Positions 26,950 through 40,054 of a DNA stretch of 64,000 nt are shown one piece after another. Source of the stretch: Pavona decussata. Lineage: Eukaryota. The stretch is taken from positions 1,612,001 to 1,676,000 of the forward strand of contig CDRNST010000096.1 in assembly GCA_977016875.1 (NCBI GenBank), read 5' to 3'. The position numbers and the translations under genes are program-made. Below the pieces are notes generated by a model. It did not search any database, was not told the origin of the DNA, and was given only the letters and a program-made list of their open reading frames with translations. Within the stretch, counting starts at the first letter, position 1. Every line of letters starts with the position of its first letter.

Positions 26950-28029
26950 CCCATTGACTCCTACACCGGCCAAAACCGGCCGTCCCTCACACATGCTCCG
27001 CGTGTGAAACTCGATACATTCTCCCTCCCCTCCTGGGGCTTCTTTCGTCCTGAAAAGGTCACAATAGCTAGTAGAATGATAAACCAATCAGAATCTGTCT
27101 TTTCCGCATATTTTTAGGCATTTTAGGGGGTAGGGGAAAGGATCCTTCTGAACCTACCGCATGGAGCTGAGCAAAATTACAAAATGGTGCCGCGCGTGAA
27201 TCGGACCTTAAGTTTCAAGACACGTTTTTTTCATCTTTTAAGCAAGTACATCATTTTTAAGCTCACAATGGAAAGGAATAACCGTGAACAATAATCTACC
27301 ACCAAAAAAGAGGACTTGGAGGCCTTAAAAAACAGGGCCGCTACCGAAATATGGATCAAAAATTAAAACCGAGCCGCGTCCTTCAAACAGACTTTATAAG
27401 ACCAGGACAGTGGCGACAACACGGTAAATGATGTTTTCCGATGTTGATTTGCTTTACAAAAATAGTTTAAGCGATGATTTGAACCAGAATTCTGTAACTT
27501 CTGTAATTTTCATCGCAAACGTGCCCGAATTTACTGCAAGTGATCGCTTTGAACAAACACAGAGTGTCTTCAACTTTTGCATGCGTGTTTGCACGCACGC
27601 AAAAAAATTGAAAGTTTTTTGCCTCCAATAGCAAATGTATCGTTTATTTCAATAAAAAGTTTTGTTGTAAAAGCTTTTTGTTGGTTTTTGTGTCTTTGTC
27701 AATTCATATATGCGTTTGAGAAGAGAGAGATTGAGTAGACAAAGGAAATTTGCACAAGCGGGTTGAAATTTGATATGCCAAAGGTGTTCATCAACTTGCC
27801 GTGAATTTTAGCAATTTTTGCGTTCAAGTGTGTTTTGGGCAAATGATTAATAGGTAACCATATTATTTTACGTCAGAAAACATTTGTTTAATCATTCCAG
27901 TTTAATATGCAGTTAATTTTGGAAGCCAACTATATTTATTTATCTATTGCGCAGTTTAGTGAATTTAGCCGCTCTAGGAAAAAAGTTAATTTATGCGAAA
28001 TCTATGGAAACACAAGAGGAGTCAAAGGG
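26950..28029. mobile_element. Non-autonomous piggyBac-like element
   Basis: 13-bp TIR ccc(a/t)ttgactcct; flanks TTAA and TTAT. Confidence 0.8.
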
Positions 28030-28250
28030 TTATCTCCTTGACAGTAAAAATGCCCCCAAGGTAAAGGTGAAACAAAGCTATGATGGTTTCTATATAATCT
28101 GAGGTACCAGCCGTGGGGTGCAATAACCATAACCAATCGTGCTGCTTTCCCTTCTTCTGTTTTCAACACTTTCAATATTGGTTGTGATAGCAATAACCGT
28201 CTCGTGAGAAAAACCACTGATACCCTTGACTTTCCTAAAAGAATATATAT

Positions 28251-30315
28251 ATATTTTTAATTTTTTTATTGAGAATACACACACATACACAAGAAAACGA
28301 AATTACAAGCACTACTACAAAATATATACAAGGTATCATCTACTCGATCATTTACATATTCATTCTATAATAATATTACGAAAGTGTTACATGCTAAGAC
28401 CTTCCAATAAATATTTCTGATTAGGATTTGCTATAAATAGTACACATACACAGAAGAAAACGAAATTACAAGCACTACTACAAAATATATACAAGGTATC
28501 ATCTACTCGATCATTTTCATATTCATTTTGTATTAATATTAAAGTGTTACGTGCTAAGACCTTCCAATGAATGGTTAAGATTTGCTATAAAATCAATCAT
28601 TGAAATTTCACTACACAATACCTTTTCATTATATAAATAATACTTGGCATATAAAAGGGTGAAGTTGAGCTTTTTGACGAAATACGAATCTACATTTTTA
28701 TCATCAAATTTTCTACCAAATAATATTTCTATCTCTGAGTAGCGTAAGGAGGTGGCATTTTCATTATTGAACCACTTTATAACTTCCGAAAAAAATTGTT
28801 TTGTCTTTACTGTGAGTAGTTCCATGTGAAAAGAAAATAACACCTCCCCATTCGCTACTCCAAATATTTTCGTCGTTAGGTTCTGAATATATTTCCTGTA
28901 AAAAATAAGCTTCATAATTTTGATCTTTTAGAAAGCAAAATATACTTTTCCTCTTCACCCGGTTTCTTAAGCCCGTAACATTTAAAGTTATAACATTAAA
29001 TTTCTCACATGCTGCCATGATTTTCTATCCCACGGAACAATTTCGCCTTAGTTGTAACAAGTACTATTCTTTAAAATAAGTTTGAAATATGTCGATCGGA
29101 GAGACACGCAAACAGAAACACAACACGCACAACACGACACAAATTTGTAGAAATTGATTAATTGCATGCAGTTCCTTATGTGATTTTTGGCTTTTATCCA
29201 TCCTCAATTGGGAGTTGTAAGTATAAATAGTTTGTATTGCACGTGTAGTCTTCAAAATGCTGGATTATAAATTAAAGTCAAAGATTGTAAATCATCTTCA
29301 CAATAAATTCTAATCGGTTTACCTTCTGGGGAGGTTTTAACAAAAATCTTGCCATCCAAAGTCCAGGCACTTAACAGCTGGTTGTGTTTCTTCAGTTGAT
29401 TTGCTTTTTTCATAATTTTTTTCCTGAAGGGAGTAAGGTTTTCATTGATAAATATACCCGTGGAATTTGCAATCGCCGCAGAAGAAGGACCAGGGAACAT
29501 GTTGGCAAGCTTGATCTTTTTTAGGGCGGTTCGCTTCTTGTATAGTTGCGTCTTCTTCTTGTGACTAAGAAATTTCACTATAATGCCTTTTGAATTGTTT
29601 TTTCCAGTAAACAGTTTGTGTGATATATCAATATCTTCAGGCTTGGAGGTGTTCTCCAAGCTTGATGACTGCTTGTTCGGTTGAGGCGTAAAAAAGATCC
29701 TCTGGAATCCCATGAATTTCTAAGGAATTTTTTGCGCGTATGTTGCTCAAGGTTGTCCTGCTGTTCGTATAACTCGTTAATCTCATTTCGCTGGTCATCT
29801 ACTTTCTTTTTTAAGCATTCAACGGACTTGTTTAGCTGGTCGGTTAATATTTCTTCTCCTTTTAGGGATTTCTTTAAGGTGTTGATTTCTGTTGACTGTG
29901 TATTGAACGAAGCTTTCAACTCCTTCATTTCGTTCGCCATACTCCTGCTTTCTGTACGCATTTCTTGAAGGGTTAGCTCGACTTTCTGGAGCAGTTTCAT
30001 GGTTTCTTTTAAACTAATTTCCTTCTCTTCGTTCTGCTCCGTTCTGCTCGCAACTGCCTTCGCTGCTGGCGCTATCTTCAACCTTCGGCTCTCTTTCGGC
30101 AGTTGCCATGTTTTGTTTCTTGGCAGTGCTGTTTTCTTCTATGGATCCTCTAGCTCCGCGCTCATGCTTCTTTCCTTTCCGGACATAGGATACACTTATT
30201 ACTAAAGGTCCTAGCATTTAGAGTGCATTTGTTAGCCTAAATTTCTTTTGAGGAGGGATTTGAAGTCTCCGCCTAAAGGACACGTCCGACCACGCCGGAG
30301 TCATGCATGCTCCAC
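28251..30315 (-). mobile_element. L1/Tx1-clade LINE with both ends retained but ORF2 internally deleted
   Basis: ORF1 coiled coil plus IFINENLT..SAWTLDGKIFVK; APE start ITLNVTGLRN..FLQEIYS..EWGG..SHGT fused at ~28810 to the ORF2 C-terminus (ILFG..LLYAKYYLY); ~17-bp TSD cctaaaagaatatatat at 28234 and 30316. Confidence 0.85.
28282..28590. repeat. ~160-bp tandem duplication of the Tx1 3' end
   Basis: acacatacac..gaaaacgaaattacaagcactactac..gatttgctataaa repeated at ~28282 and ~28442. Confidence 0.9.
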
Positions 30316-31234
30316 CCTAAAAGAATATATATTTTTTTTGCAATAAGCAACTTAAGTAACCTTTTATTACCGCTGATAACGTCACGATTAAATCCCTGTT
30401 TCCTTGATTTTCTAAGCTACTTTCTCGTCACATGACGATTGTCCTTTGTGCTGCCAGTTAAACCTATACAGCCCATGGCTTGCTGGTAATAAGCATGGGT
30501 CTTTCTTAAGCTTGTACACAGTGTCTGTAACACCAGAAACTTTTCTCTTTTTCTTCACCTGAGCTGGCTGCTTAGTTGGGTGCATGCTTTCCGAATGATA
30601 ACATCCATTGCTGGGTAAGGTTTAACACCATGAACTCTGTTAAGGATATGCCTAGTCTGTAAATCAAATATTTGTGAAATATTAAAAGAAAGCCAAACCT
30701 CTGGGCTGAGATATTACAAATTACATTAATTTTACTCTTAGGTTAATGACGCATATAAGTGGTCTGCGATAAAAGAAGTCTTAAATAGGAAAATGACCAA
30801 AAATGATACAGCATTATTGTATGCTCAGAGAACAGACTGCAAATGTTACACTTGGATCTTTACCTGAGGTTTGGAGGTTTAGAATATAACTGGTGGGACA
30901 CTTCATTCCTAGCATCTGGTAATGCACCAACGTATATAGTAACCCAATAACATGGTGGCATAGGCCCTGACCAGCAGCACGACTACAACCAAACATTTCA
31001 ACATTCGCTGTTGTTTCAGGCTTGAACACAATGCGAAGCTTGCGTGGCTCTTTGTTTTTTTTATCATGCTCCTGTAGCATTTTGCTCGTACTGCAATCCC
31101 GTCATCATTCGCTCCCACTCATTGCAATCTTCACAGCAGCCATAAACATCCCATACACTGTTGTAAGCCTTGCTGTCACTGTCACAGACAATGTATTTAT
31201 ATGGGAGATCGAAAGAAAGAGAATTACTCCATAA

Positions 31235-31990
31235 TCATCTTGCAATGTCTTTTTCCATGGCTCGACTAGATCCAGTATGATTTTTCCGTACAATTAGAAC
31301 TGTGGGATGCATATTTGGTTCTAAATTCTTTAGAGCTCTCTCCAAACTGTTCTTTTTTTCGTGAAGACCATAGTCCAACACTTGTCCTGTGTCAACAGAG
31401 ATGACAAAGCCTACTCCAAAATTTGCTGTAAAGCCTTGTTTCAACCAAGTATCATCAACAGAAACAGCAATTTCTCTCACGTTATCTTCTGTAAGGTCTG
31501 GATTTTCTTTGTGGTAAAGTTCATGCCCCATGTTCACAGCCTCTTTGTGTACTTCATACAGTGCTTGTGAGTGTTCATTCCAGGATGATGGCTGGCAAGG
31601 TGGTGGCATATTCAGAATTTCACACATAACATAAATGGCTTCGTGTCCAACACCCATTTTACAAGCACAATAAACCATACGACGGTTTGCCACATGCATT
31701 TTTGGCTTTCCATTTGCCACCATTTGCCACTTGCATTTTCTGCATTAAATATGAATTAAAGAGCTATTTCCATAGCGTTTTCCCTGTTTGTCATTAAAGA
31801 CTAGCTTTCCTTTCTTACAATTGTGAAGCTCTTGAAATGAATTCACCAAACTCGACAACTCGACCAAGCTGTAGCTAATCGAAGATTGGTCCTCATAATA
31901 ATTCGTAGTGCAAGTACGTGTCACAGTTCCCAGCTTTCTTCCTGATGCAGTTTCTTTCAAGCATTCTTCCTCGCTCTGGCTGTTAAGTGA
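31235..31990 (-). pseudogene. Mutator-like/Kolobok-Hydra-type transposase fragment
   Basis: NRRMVY..GVGHEA..EILNMPPP; IAVSVDDTW..GVGFVISVDTGQVLDY; NHTGSSRAMEKD. Confidence 0.75.
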
Positions 31991-32130
31991 ATTGCCTGGA
32001 TCACTTTCAGGGTCATTTCCTTCTCTAAATTATACAACACAATAAGTAGGCAAGGTGTTGGATGCAAAACAGCCTTTATTAATTTAAAGCAATTCAGACA
32101 AAGCCTTCACATAAAATATTAAGCAGCCAT

Positions 32131-32321
32131 TGTGTGGTTCCAGATAATATCCACACCTCCCCCATGGAAGGCTTTTTCTTTTGAGCCCTCCTTCCCTCCC
32201 TGAAATTTCCAATAAAGGTTCATACTTTCCCTCATAAATTTTGGCGGTTGAGACCCCCTTCCTCTTGGAATTTCCAACGACCTTCCATGGGGTGGGAATG
32301 AATATTTTCTCCTACCACCCA
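32131..32321. mobile_element. Palindromic MITE
   Basis: tgtgtggttccagataatatccacacctcccccatggaagg pairs imperfectly with ccttccatggggtgggaatgaatattttctcctaccaccca. Confidence 0.7.
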
Positions 32322-33644
32322 TGCACTACATGTCAGTAAGTGTGGGACACCTGTATTTCTTTTGCCGAAGAACACAAAGTCATACCATTACAGATGTAAC
32401 ATTGTTTGCAAAAGAAAAGCAAAATTCAAAGAAAATGTTATACCTAAACGTAAAAGGGGAATGGACATTAAAAAGGGCAGAGGTCATTACATTTTTTTAC
32501 AGAGGAAGTGAACATTTTTTTGCAGAGGAAGTGAACACTGTTGTAAACTTAGAATATCTAGTAGCCGGAGGCATGATATAAATGAGCTTACATATTTCCT
32601 TTACAAAATCATACCAATCCTCTAATTAAGCCACCCCTTTTTAGAAAAAGAAATTTATTAAGCCATCCCTCCCCTTTCAAAAGAAGATCTCTTACAAATT
32701 TTCGCTATTTTGAAATTTCGTATAATTTTTCTTTAATGTTTCCAACCCATGAAATAACACATGACAACGAATATGTGGGAAAAAGGGGTAGGGGATGAAG
32801 TACTCGAATTCCCGATACACGTCCATCTTTAAGGATCATACAGGTCAGATAACTTGGCAACGAGAGTGATAAGCCTCATATGGGGTCCTCATCCCCAGGC
32901 CACTGAGAGGCCTTATTCCGATCTGTGGGGTCCTAATTCCCAGGCCCTGGCCTCACATGTGGTCCAAATCCCGAGGCCCTGAGAGGTCCTCATCCTCTTG
33001 AAAAGACTGATCATCAACCAACTATGTACTTATTGTTACCATCTTAACACAGCTATCCTGGGGTCTGAGTCTATCAAGATAGCTGGAGCACTTCATCCCC
33101 TCACAAATTTTATAACATTTGTAACAAAGTCTTGATGGGAACAAAGACCCTCTACCGGGGTTAACATCACATAACAAGTGAGCCAAAATAAATAATGGCA
33201 CAAGTAGTAATCATTTCTCGTGACATTGATGGCACTATGTAGAAACTCACAAGGTCGATAAATTACTTTGAATAAAATCTGTATTCTGTACTATAATTAT
33301 GTTGCAAATATGCAGACAAGACAATGTTTGGACCCATGTTTGGAAAGGTTAAGAGAATTATGAAGTGTACACCAGGAATGTGAATGAAGCCCACCGTCTT
33401 GATTGACGATGCATGCTTGCTGTATTGTGATTAGCCTATAATGACACCGCATGTCATATGCACGAGATTGTGCTGACCTTTTGATGTAAACACAGAGGCC
33501 ATTGCATTACAGATCTGTTTTCTTAGAGGCCTAAGCTGTAAACTATTTCAATTTCCCTTTCATGGTTGTCACATTAACTTAAAATTATATTATCTATCCC
33601 CTGAAACAATTTAAACACCCAGGTGGCTTTATCAGAACACTTAA

Positions 33645-33854
33645 CCCTTTCACTCCCAGAGTCAATTATGGAGACCTGTAATTTTAAAGTTCTAACTTTT
33701 TAGTCTGTGGACGAGATCCTTTGGTGTGACTTTTCAAATGAAACCTCTTCGGCAGTACTTTTGCATGATACCATTTGCTTTCCAATATTGTAGAAAATGG
33801 AATTTGGAGTTTTTCTTGATATTTTGATATTTGGCACTCTTGGGAGTGAAAGGG
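33645..33854. mobile_element. piggyBac-type MITE
   Basis: Perfect 14-bp TIR ccctttcactccca; flanks TTAA / TAAA. Confidence 0.8.
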
Positions 33855-33884
33855 TAAAGGTATATAAATGTGAAGTTGGTCTAA

Positions 33885-35050
33885 TCAAATGGTACAATTG
33901 GAGGAAAAAATTAACAAGAGCTGCACAAACTCTTATCATAGGATCCACTAATGCAGTATGCCTGTCAGTTTTCATGATTACTAATCAGAAAGTCAGTTGG
34001 CAAGGTGCCTTCCAGTATAGTGAACTTCCATCGAAGCAGTCCAATAACACGTTCAACATGAATCCGCACATTCGCAATGCCTCGTCTGCTCCACGTCCAC
34101 TGGGTTGAGCTGAGATTTGCCCTTTGTGAAAGCTGGTATAACTAGTTTAGCATTTCTCAGTCCAACACTCTCAGTGATGGTGAATCCTTGATCGGCCATC
34201 ACCATGTCTCCAAGAATCAGTTTGTCCAGGAAGCCACAGTTCTCAGTTAAAAATTTATCTGAGACACGACCTCCCCAGGCTTCAGACACAAATGAAATAG
34301 TTCCTTGTGGTGTTATGCCTACAAGAATTTTGATTGTGTTAATGATGTTTGTAACTTGAAAATGTCTGTGCCCTGGCTAGCAAGTTTGAAGGTCTCTCAA
34401 TAAACACTTCAAAGCAGTCGATCACAATAGTTGGTCCCTGTCTGGCCAGTACACAAAGGGAAATAACATTGTGTCCATCGAAACAATCCAGTGGGAAAAT
34501 ATTCTGGAAATTGTTGACATTGAAATAACAAACCGGTATGCAAGATCCTGCAACGGTACATTTAGTCTTAGTTTCATAAGTATAATGATGAACTCTTGAA
34601 ATCTGTTGAGCGACTGTATTTGTCGTGTAACATGTGGGGAGACATGCTCGAAAACAACCATTAGTACTTCCATAGACGGTAGCCCAGTGTAAAAGCGAAT
34701 TTTATCGTCAGTGTCAAAGAAATCCTTATTTGGGGCCTGATATTTCGTTGTTTGAAACATGTAGTCAAACTCGGTGGTTTGGCACTGGGCGTCGACTTGA
34801 ACAGTTTCCGGTTCGATTTCTTCACCTTCATTAACTGCTATGGGGGCCAGATCAGAAGAAAAGGCCTCCTCATTCCCTTTGTTTCGTGGCTGACTAAAGT
34901 CGATCTGAGCAACAGGAATAGAAGGAAGGCTGCTTTCTAGGAGCTTTTGACGTTTCTCTGCCACTTCGCGTTCTTGTCGTTCAACCACAAGTTTCTAGTG
35001 TTTCTTTGCCCTTTCAGCTCTCTCTGCGTTCCCTTTAGTAACTCTCAACA
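33885..35050 (-). pseudogene. ISL2EU/Harbinger-group transposase pseudogene
   Basis: RFYTGLPS; LMKLRLN..DLAYRF..STISRIF; [22 protein letters not shown]; [30 protein letters not shown]. Confidence 0.88.
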
Positions 35051-36009
35051 ACCTATTTTGAAGTACTGTTGTGCTGCAGTCTACTGGGGAGTTTAGCTGC
35101 CAGTAATTGTTCTCTTGGGCAACCAATAGAGAACACGTCACTAAAGGGCACCTGTATTGTGGGCGTCAATGGAGACTTACATTTCCCCAGTGTTGTTTTA
35201 GGTGACGCTTGTTTCCTTGTCCTTCCGCTCTGCTTGAATAGACAGTGTCGAGTATTTGAGACTTCCTTCTGCTTCAACTTGTCGGTGTGTGGCATCGATA
35301 ATGAAGATGGCTTTGGTTTACATACTGCTAAGGTCTTTGGTCTTTTTTGTGGAGATCGAGACAAGGACGAGGATGAAGACACCAAAGATGGATTACGGTG
35401 TTTTTTTTCTTCTTCTTAGCCTTGAATAACTTGTGTTGAGTTCTTTTCAGTATTTTTTCTCTTTCGTGAACACAACATTTCAATCTCATGCAATTGACGT
35501 TCAGCCATCTTCTTCTTGAAGATATTCTCCCAGAACGTCTCGTTGTCCTCTAGGCCAGGCAAATCCTCATCTGCCACGTTGCAGCACAAATTTTGTGTAC
35601 TCGCAGATAGTCTTATGATAGGAAAGAAGTATAAAGTTCGTCCATGATTTCAACCCAGTGCTTATGTAATGCATTCCACCTCTTTTCACTCTTCGAAATT
35701 GATCAGCCGCATCCTCTAAAGAACTTCTTTCCTGAGCAACAACAAAAACAAAGAACACAATCAGTAAATAGCATGTGGTCGTTTGGTGTTGTACAGTAGG
35801 AAATTGAAGGGTGTGAGGTAGAGAATTATTGCCATGCATAATCAGGACTTTGACAATGAATGATAGTCTGGTTACGAGTACAAACCACAACATTCCTAAT
35901 TTTGGAGTTGGGATTAATAAATAATCCATGCCACACAGCAGGAAAATGTCATGTAGAGCGATGTGTGTTACAAGTGTCATTTTTTGGTTAAGCTCTGAGA
36001 GTCATTTTC

Positions 36010-36455
36010 CTTATTTGCACTCTCCAGCAGTTTGTCGTTAACTCGTAATGACTTATGTCATCTTATGGCTTGCTTTCACATGGAATAACTTGAGCCATTT
36101 GCATCATTTAGTATGTCCTCCTCAATTTTTATTTTTATTCTCTCTTGACTCATATTCTTCCCAAGCTCGTTTAACAATGACTTTGAGGAACCTATTTTGC
36201 CGTTTGAAGGGCGGAAAGGAGGATGTAATAGGCTGTCATCATCACTGCTAAAATCATCTTCAGGTACATTACTGGTAAGAGAAAGAGACATGGCACTAAC
36301 ACTCCTGTGAAGACTGAGGGCTTGCGCCAAGTCATCTCGACTTTTCTCCGGAAACATCTCAATTAGTTGTTGCAGGGTTTCCTACTCTGTTCTTTGTCTA
36401 GATGGACCAGGCTGTGGTTCTCCAATGTCATCTATGTGTAGTGGTACTTCACCTG
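36010..36455 (-). pseudogene. Fragment resembling the pre-HECT region of G2E3-like E3 ligases
   Basis: LIEMFPEKSRDDL..SDDDSLL..KSLLNELG..ERIKIKIEEDILNDA; weak recognition. Confidence 0.3.
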
Positions 36456-36618
36456 TAATAACGAACGAAATCTTGACATCTACTAGCATTTAAATACCAC
36501 TGCAAATGGTTATGTCACAACCACAATGTTAATTGTTATTAGCCAATCCACAACCACCTTCTCAGTCAGGCTGCTGCTCAATAAACTGAATTTATAATAT
36601 TTCTTTGCCTTTTCACAA

Positions 36619-36671
<53 letters not shown>
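36619..36671 (+). repeat. (AAT)n microsatellite, ~17 units
   Basis: Seen directly. Confidence 0.97.
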
Positions 36672-36672
<1 letters not shown>

Positions 36673-36960
36673 TCAATAAAGCCAATGTTATTTCAGACTG
36701 AACAACTATGCAGAGACAATCACAAGTCTAATATTACGTAATGACCATTTGTGTGTTGCATTAACATCAAACAGACAGGTTTAGTAATATACCTTTGTGG
36801 TACTAAATTTTTCTATCACCTCATTCAAAATTCATTAAGGTGCAGAGGTGTCATGGTGTGATAGGAAGATACTACACATTAATTTTTGTTCATTGAATGA
36901 AGTCCATTAAGAAGCTGTAAACTACATGAAGGCAAAGACAGTAGCTTCAGTCCATTATCC

Positions 36961-37226
36961 TGGGCCCAATTGTTGGAAGGCCAATTAACTGCTAACCTTT
37001 GTTAAAAATTTCAACCAGGGTTCTTTTTCTTTTGTTAAAAAGCATTTTCTCCGTTAACTTCCTCTCTTCTTTTTAGAGCACACACAACAATTACCCAAGG
37101 GAATTGATTAGCTACAAAGTTGTTGTAGACAAGACAACTTTTGATGAATTTGCATATCAAGCTTTATATCTTAATTTCATTTTTCCATGTATCCTGGGTT
37201 ATCTTAACTCAGCTTTGAACAACCCC
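36961..37226. mobile_element. Degenerate MITE
   Basis: Imperfect inverted ends gggcccaattgttggaagg / gctttgaacaaccc. Confidence 0.4.
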
Positions 37227-38220
37227 ACCATGGTGTCTAAGAATTTTTGATAAGAAGGTATTAGAAACTACAATAACATGCTGTACAAACTACAATACCA
37301 TGCTGCTCATTTGTGTACCAGCCAATGATGTGTAAACATCCTTGTGACTCCGAAATTTGTTGCATGGAATGGGACGTCAAACAACTTAAACATTCTACAG
37401 TAAACGTTTCATTTGAGTGCAGAAAGACAATAATAATGCCACAGTCAGTGCAAAGCCCTGCAGCCCATACATACTTTTGCCATGGTATGCATGGTTTTTG
37501 ATAGTACTAGATGCAAGTATCAGCCAGTAGGGACCATTAGCAGGACTGACTTGTGTAACAAGTTGAACGCGTAGTCTTCCTTAGCGGACGAACAGACGAT
37601 GAGAGAAGAAGATTAGCTCACATTCAAGATGGCGGTTCAACAAGTAAGTTTTTATTGAAAACGAGACTGTGACGTAGGCATGCCACGAGGCTGTGACAGT
37701 GTCACGCAATAACAATATTGTAACATCCTCCCCATTTTTTTTTTCTTTTTTAAACAAAATTTTCCTAATAACCTAGAAATGGCGAGTAATAAGTGGTAGG
37801 AAAAAAAAAATAACAACAACAACTTTGAACTATAGTGTTCACAGTCAATTGGCAGCAACATGAAATGCGCTGTCAAAGTCTCAATGTGTCTTGCAAAGAG
37901 AACAGTTCAAATCCTGACATAGTCGCTTAGCTTCGCTGGTTCTCTTACTATTTCCAGTGAATTATGTGAGCCTCTCGCCACCAGATCGATTATGGAAATG
38001 AGGCATGCTGTCCTTCGAAGGGTCATCCAAAAGAAGTTATTCCTGAACACCAAAATATGGCTCGAAAAAAGTGATTTCCACCCTACCTACTTTCACAGAG
38101 GCTGGAGCACTGCGTTTGTTACAGAGAGAGGGGACCAGCGTTTAATTCTCTTTCCCATTGCTGTGCGTTTGTTCCTTGCCCGCTCTAGCAAATTATATTG
38201 TGCAGATGGCAAGGAACTAA

Positions 38221-38487
38221 CACGGAAATGGATTGAGAAGTTGTCCATTTCATTTGTTAACCGATCATATTGAAGACAACCATCAAATAAAACTAAAGAA
38301 ACATAATTTTTGTTTGGTTGATTACTCACATGTCTGCATGAAAAAAAACAACGTCAGAGCAAGTGGGACTCATTTCAATGCATTGCATTCACTGGGATAT
38401 TCTTCAGTAGAGCGGCATCGGACTAATTTTTGTCTTCATTGTGATCGTTAACAAATAAAATTGACAATTTCTCAATCCATTTCTGTA
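38221..38487. mobile_element. Small MITE with ~45-bp TIRs
   Basis: gaaatggattgagaagttgtccatttcatttgttaaccgatca pairs with the reverse complement of tgatcgttaacaaataaaattgacaatttctcaatccatttc. Confidence 0.7.
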
Positions 38488-38755
38488 CCCTTTCATTTTG
38501 TAATGTTATAATGAAGAAACAAAAAGTGTCGTGTCCATTTATCACCTCTGAACTGTTGTAAATAATGGTTTGTAAAAATTATTTCAATCCTTGCTTAAAG
38601 TGGATAGAAAAGCTTTCAAATAGATGTACTGAGTATTCTCTTCGAACAACGGTGTCATGTGTGAATTTGATCGAAATGAAGACTCAATTTCAGTGTATTT
38701 TGATAAACTAAAATGTTGTCTCAGTTCAAAACTGGTGGGAAACAAGTTAACTTAA

Positions 38756-39661
38756 AGGGACTATGTCAGCAGGGGGACATGCGCAGTAGAGTCAGTGCGT
38801 TGTTAGAACCACTTTGAAATCGTTGGCCCAACTTTTTCAAATACCGTCGGAGAGTTCAGGAAGCTGAAGCCCTTTTCATCTGCCTGAATCGCGTTCATCT
38901 CCAGAAAGTTAGCTAAAATTGCTACTTTCAAACGTTCCTCAGTAGTTACAGAAGCTGTTTGTTGCAATATTTCTGAAATCGTTTGCTCTTGGAGCTCTAC
39001 TAACATGGATTTGCGATGTGTACTCGCGGCGGCCGTCGCTCTGGCGGCGGCTGAAAAAGAATATACGACAGCAACGGCACAAAACATAAAGTTTGGAATC
39101 GAAGACATCGAAGGATTTGCCTGGATAGTTACTGACCTTGACCTAGATATCACTGTGAATGCATTGACAGATGATGAGTGTAAATCAGACATGAATACAA
39201 ATACTGCTCTCGCTGTTTTGACAAGCCGACTCTTTCTTCGTGCCACAATTAAATAAATTAGTCTTGTGCAGTGTACGTTCGCAGTTTTGCAGGGGCAACC
39301 GCAGGTTTTGGACGTAGTTTTTCGCGTACAAGTAGTTTTGCAATTGTAAGGAGAAAGTCACACGTAAGTCACTATTTATCACTGTATTGGCAAAGTAAGC
39401 TGACCGATAATTTACATCAAACAGCACTTTAAATGCGAATCAAGCGGTTAAACTTAACTCATGTGATGTACTTTCAATGACAGCACAGTCTGTTTCCATA
39501 AGCTTGGCAAAGCAGGCACGTGAAGACGTATCTCTGCGCGTGAGAAGTGCGATTGACACCACGGACGCAATGGTGGACAAACAATAATACCTCGAACAGT
39601 TATATGCAAATTAGTCTCAACCAGACTCTACTGCGCATGTCCCCCAGCTGACATAGTCCCT
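38756..39661. mobile_element. Non-autonomous Kolobok-type element
   Basis: 38-bp TIR agggactatgtcagc(a/t)gggggacatgcgcagtagagtc; perfect TTAA TSD; AG..CT termini. Confidence 0.88.
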
Positions 39662-40054
39662 TTAAAGGAATAAACAAGGGAAATACATGTATCCAAGAAA
39701 TGGCCTTTTGAAATACGTCTCGTGCGTGGAGTAAAAACTGGACCCCAGCCTGAACAGAATAACAAAAACAACAGGAAAAAGTGATTCTTCTCATTTTTAC
39801 ACAACATTGTAGTTCTATTAGCATGAATTGAAAGTTTGAGGCTGATGATTGGTATCTTTCATCTAGTACAGGTAAAAGAACCTTTTTACAAGTGTGCCAA
39901 TTTTAAGTTAAAAAAGGCTGGAAATCTAATATCTTTAGTTCAGTAATTTTAATAATATTTCATTTTATATGATGAGTAAGAGTACTCAACCATGCAATTG
40001 CCTGCTCTCCATCAGTAGGTATACTACTTGTTGATGTGGAGGCTGACATTTCTT

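Larger units (their letters stand above)
28034..31190 (-). pseudogene. Spliced SWIM zinc-finger TE accessory gene remnant (type found with ISL2EU/Kolobok)
   Basis: VRAKCYRSM..GCSRAAGQGLCHHVIGLLY..VPPV..KPQ|; next exon ~30400-30657; exon ~28034-28234; the Tx1 element sits at the splice acceptor. Confidence 0.5.
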
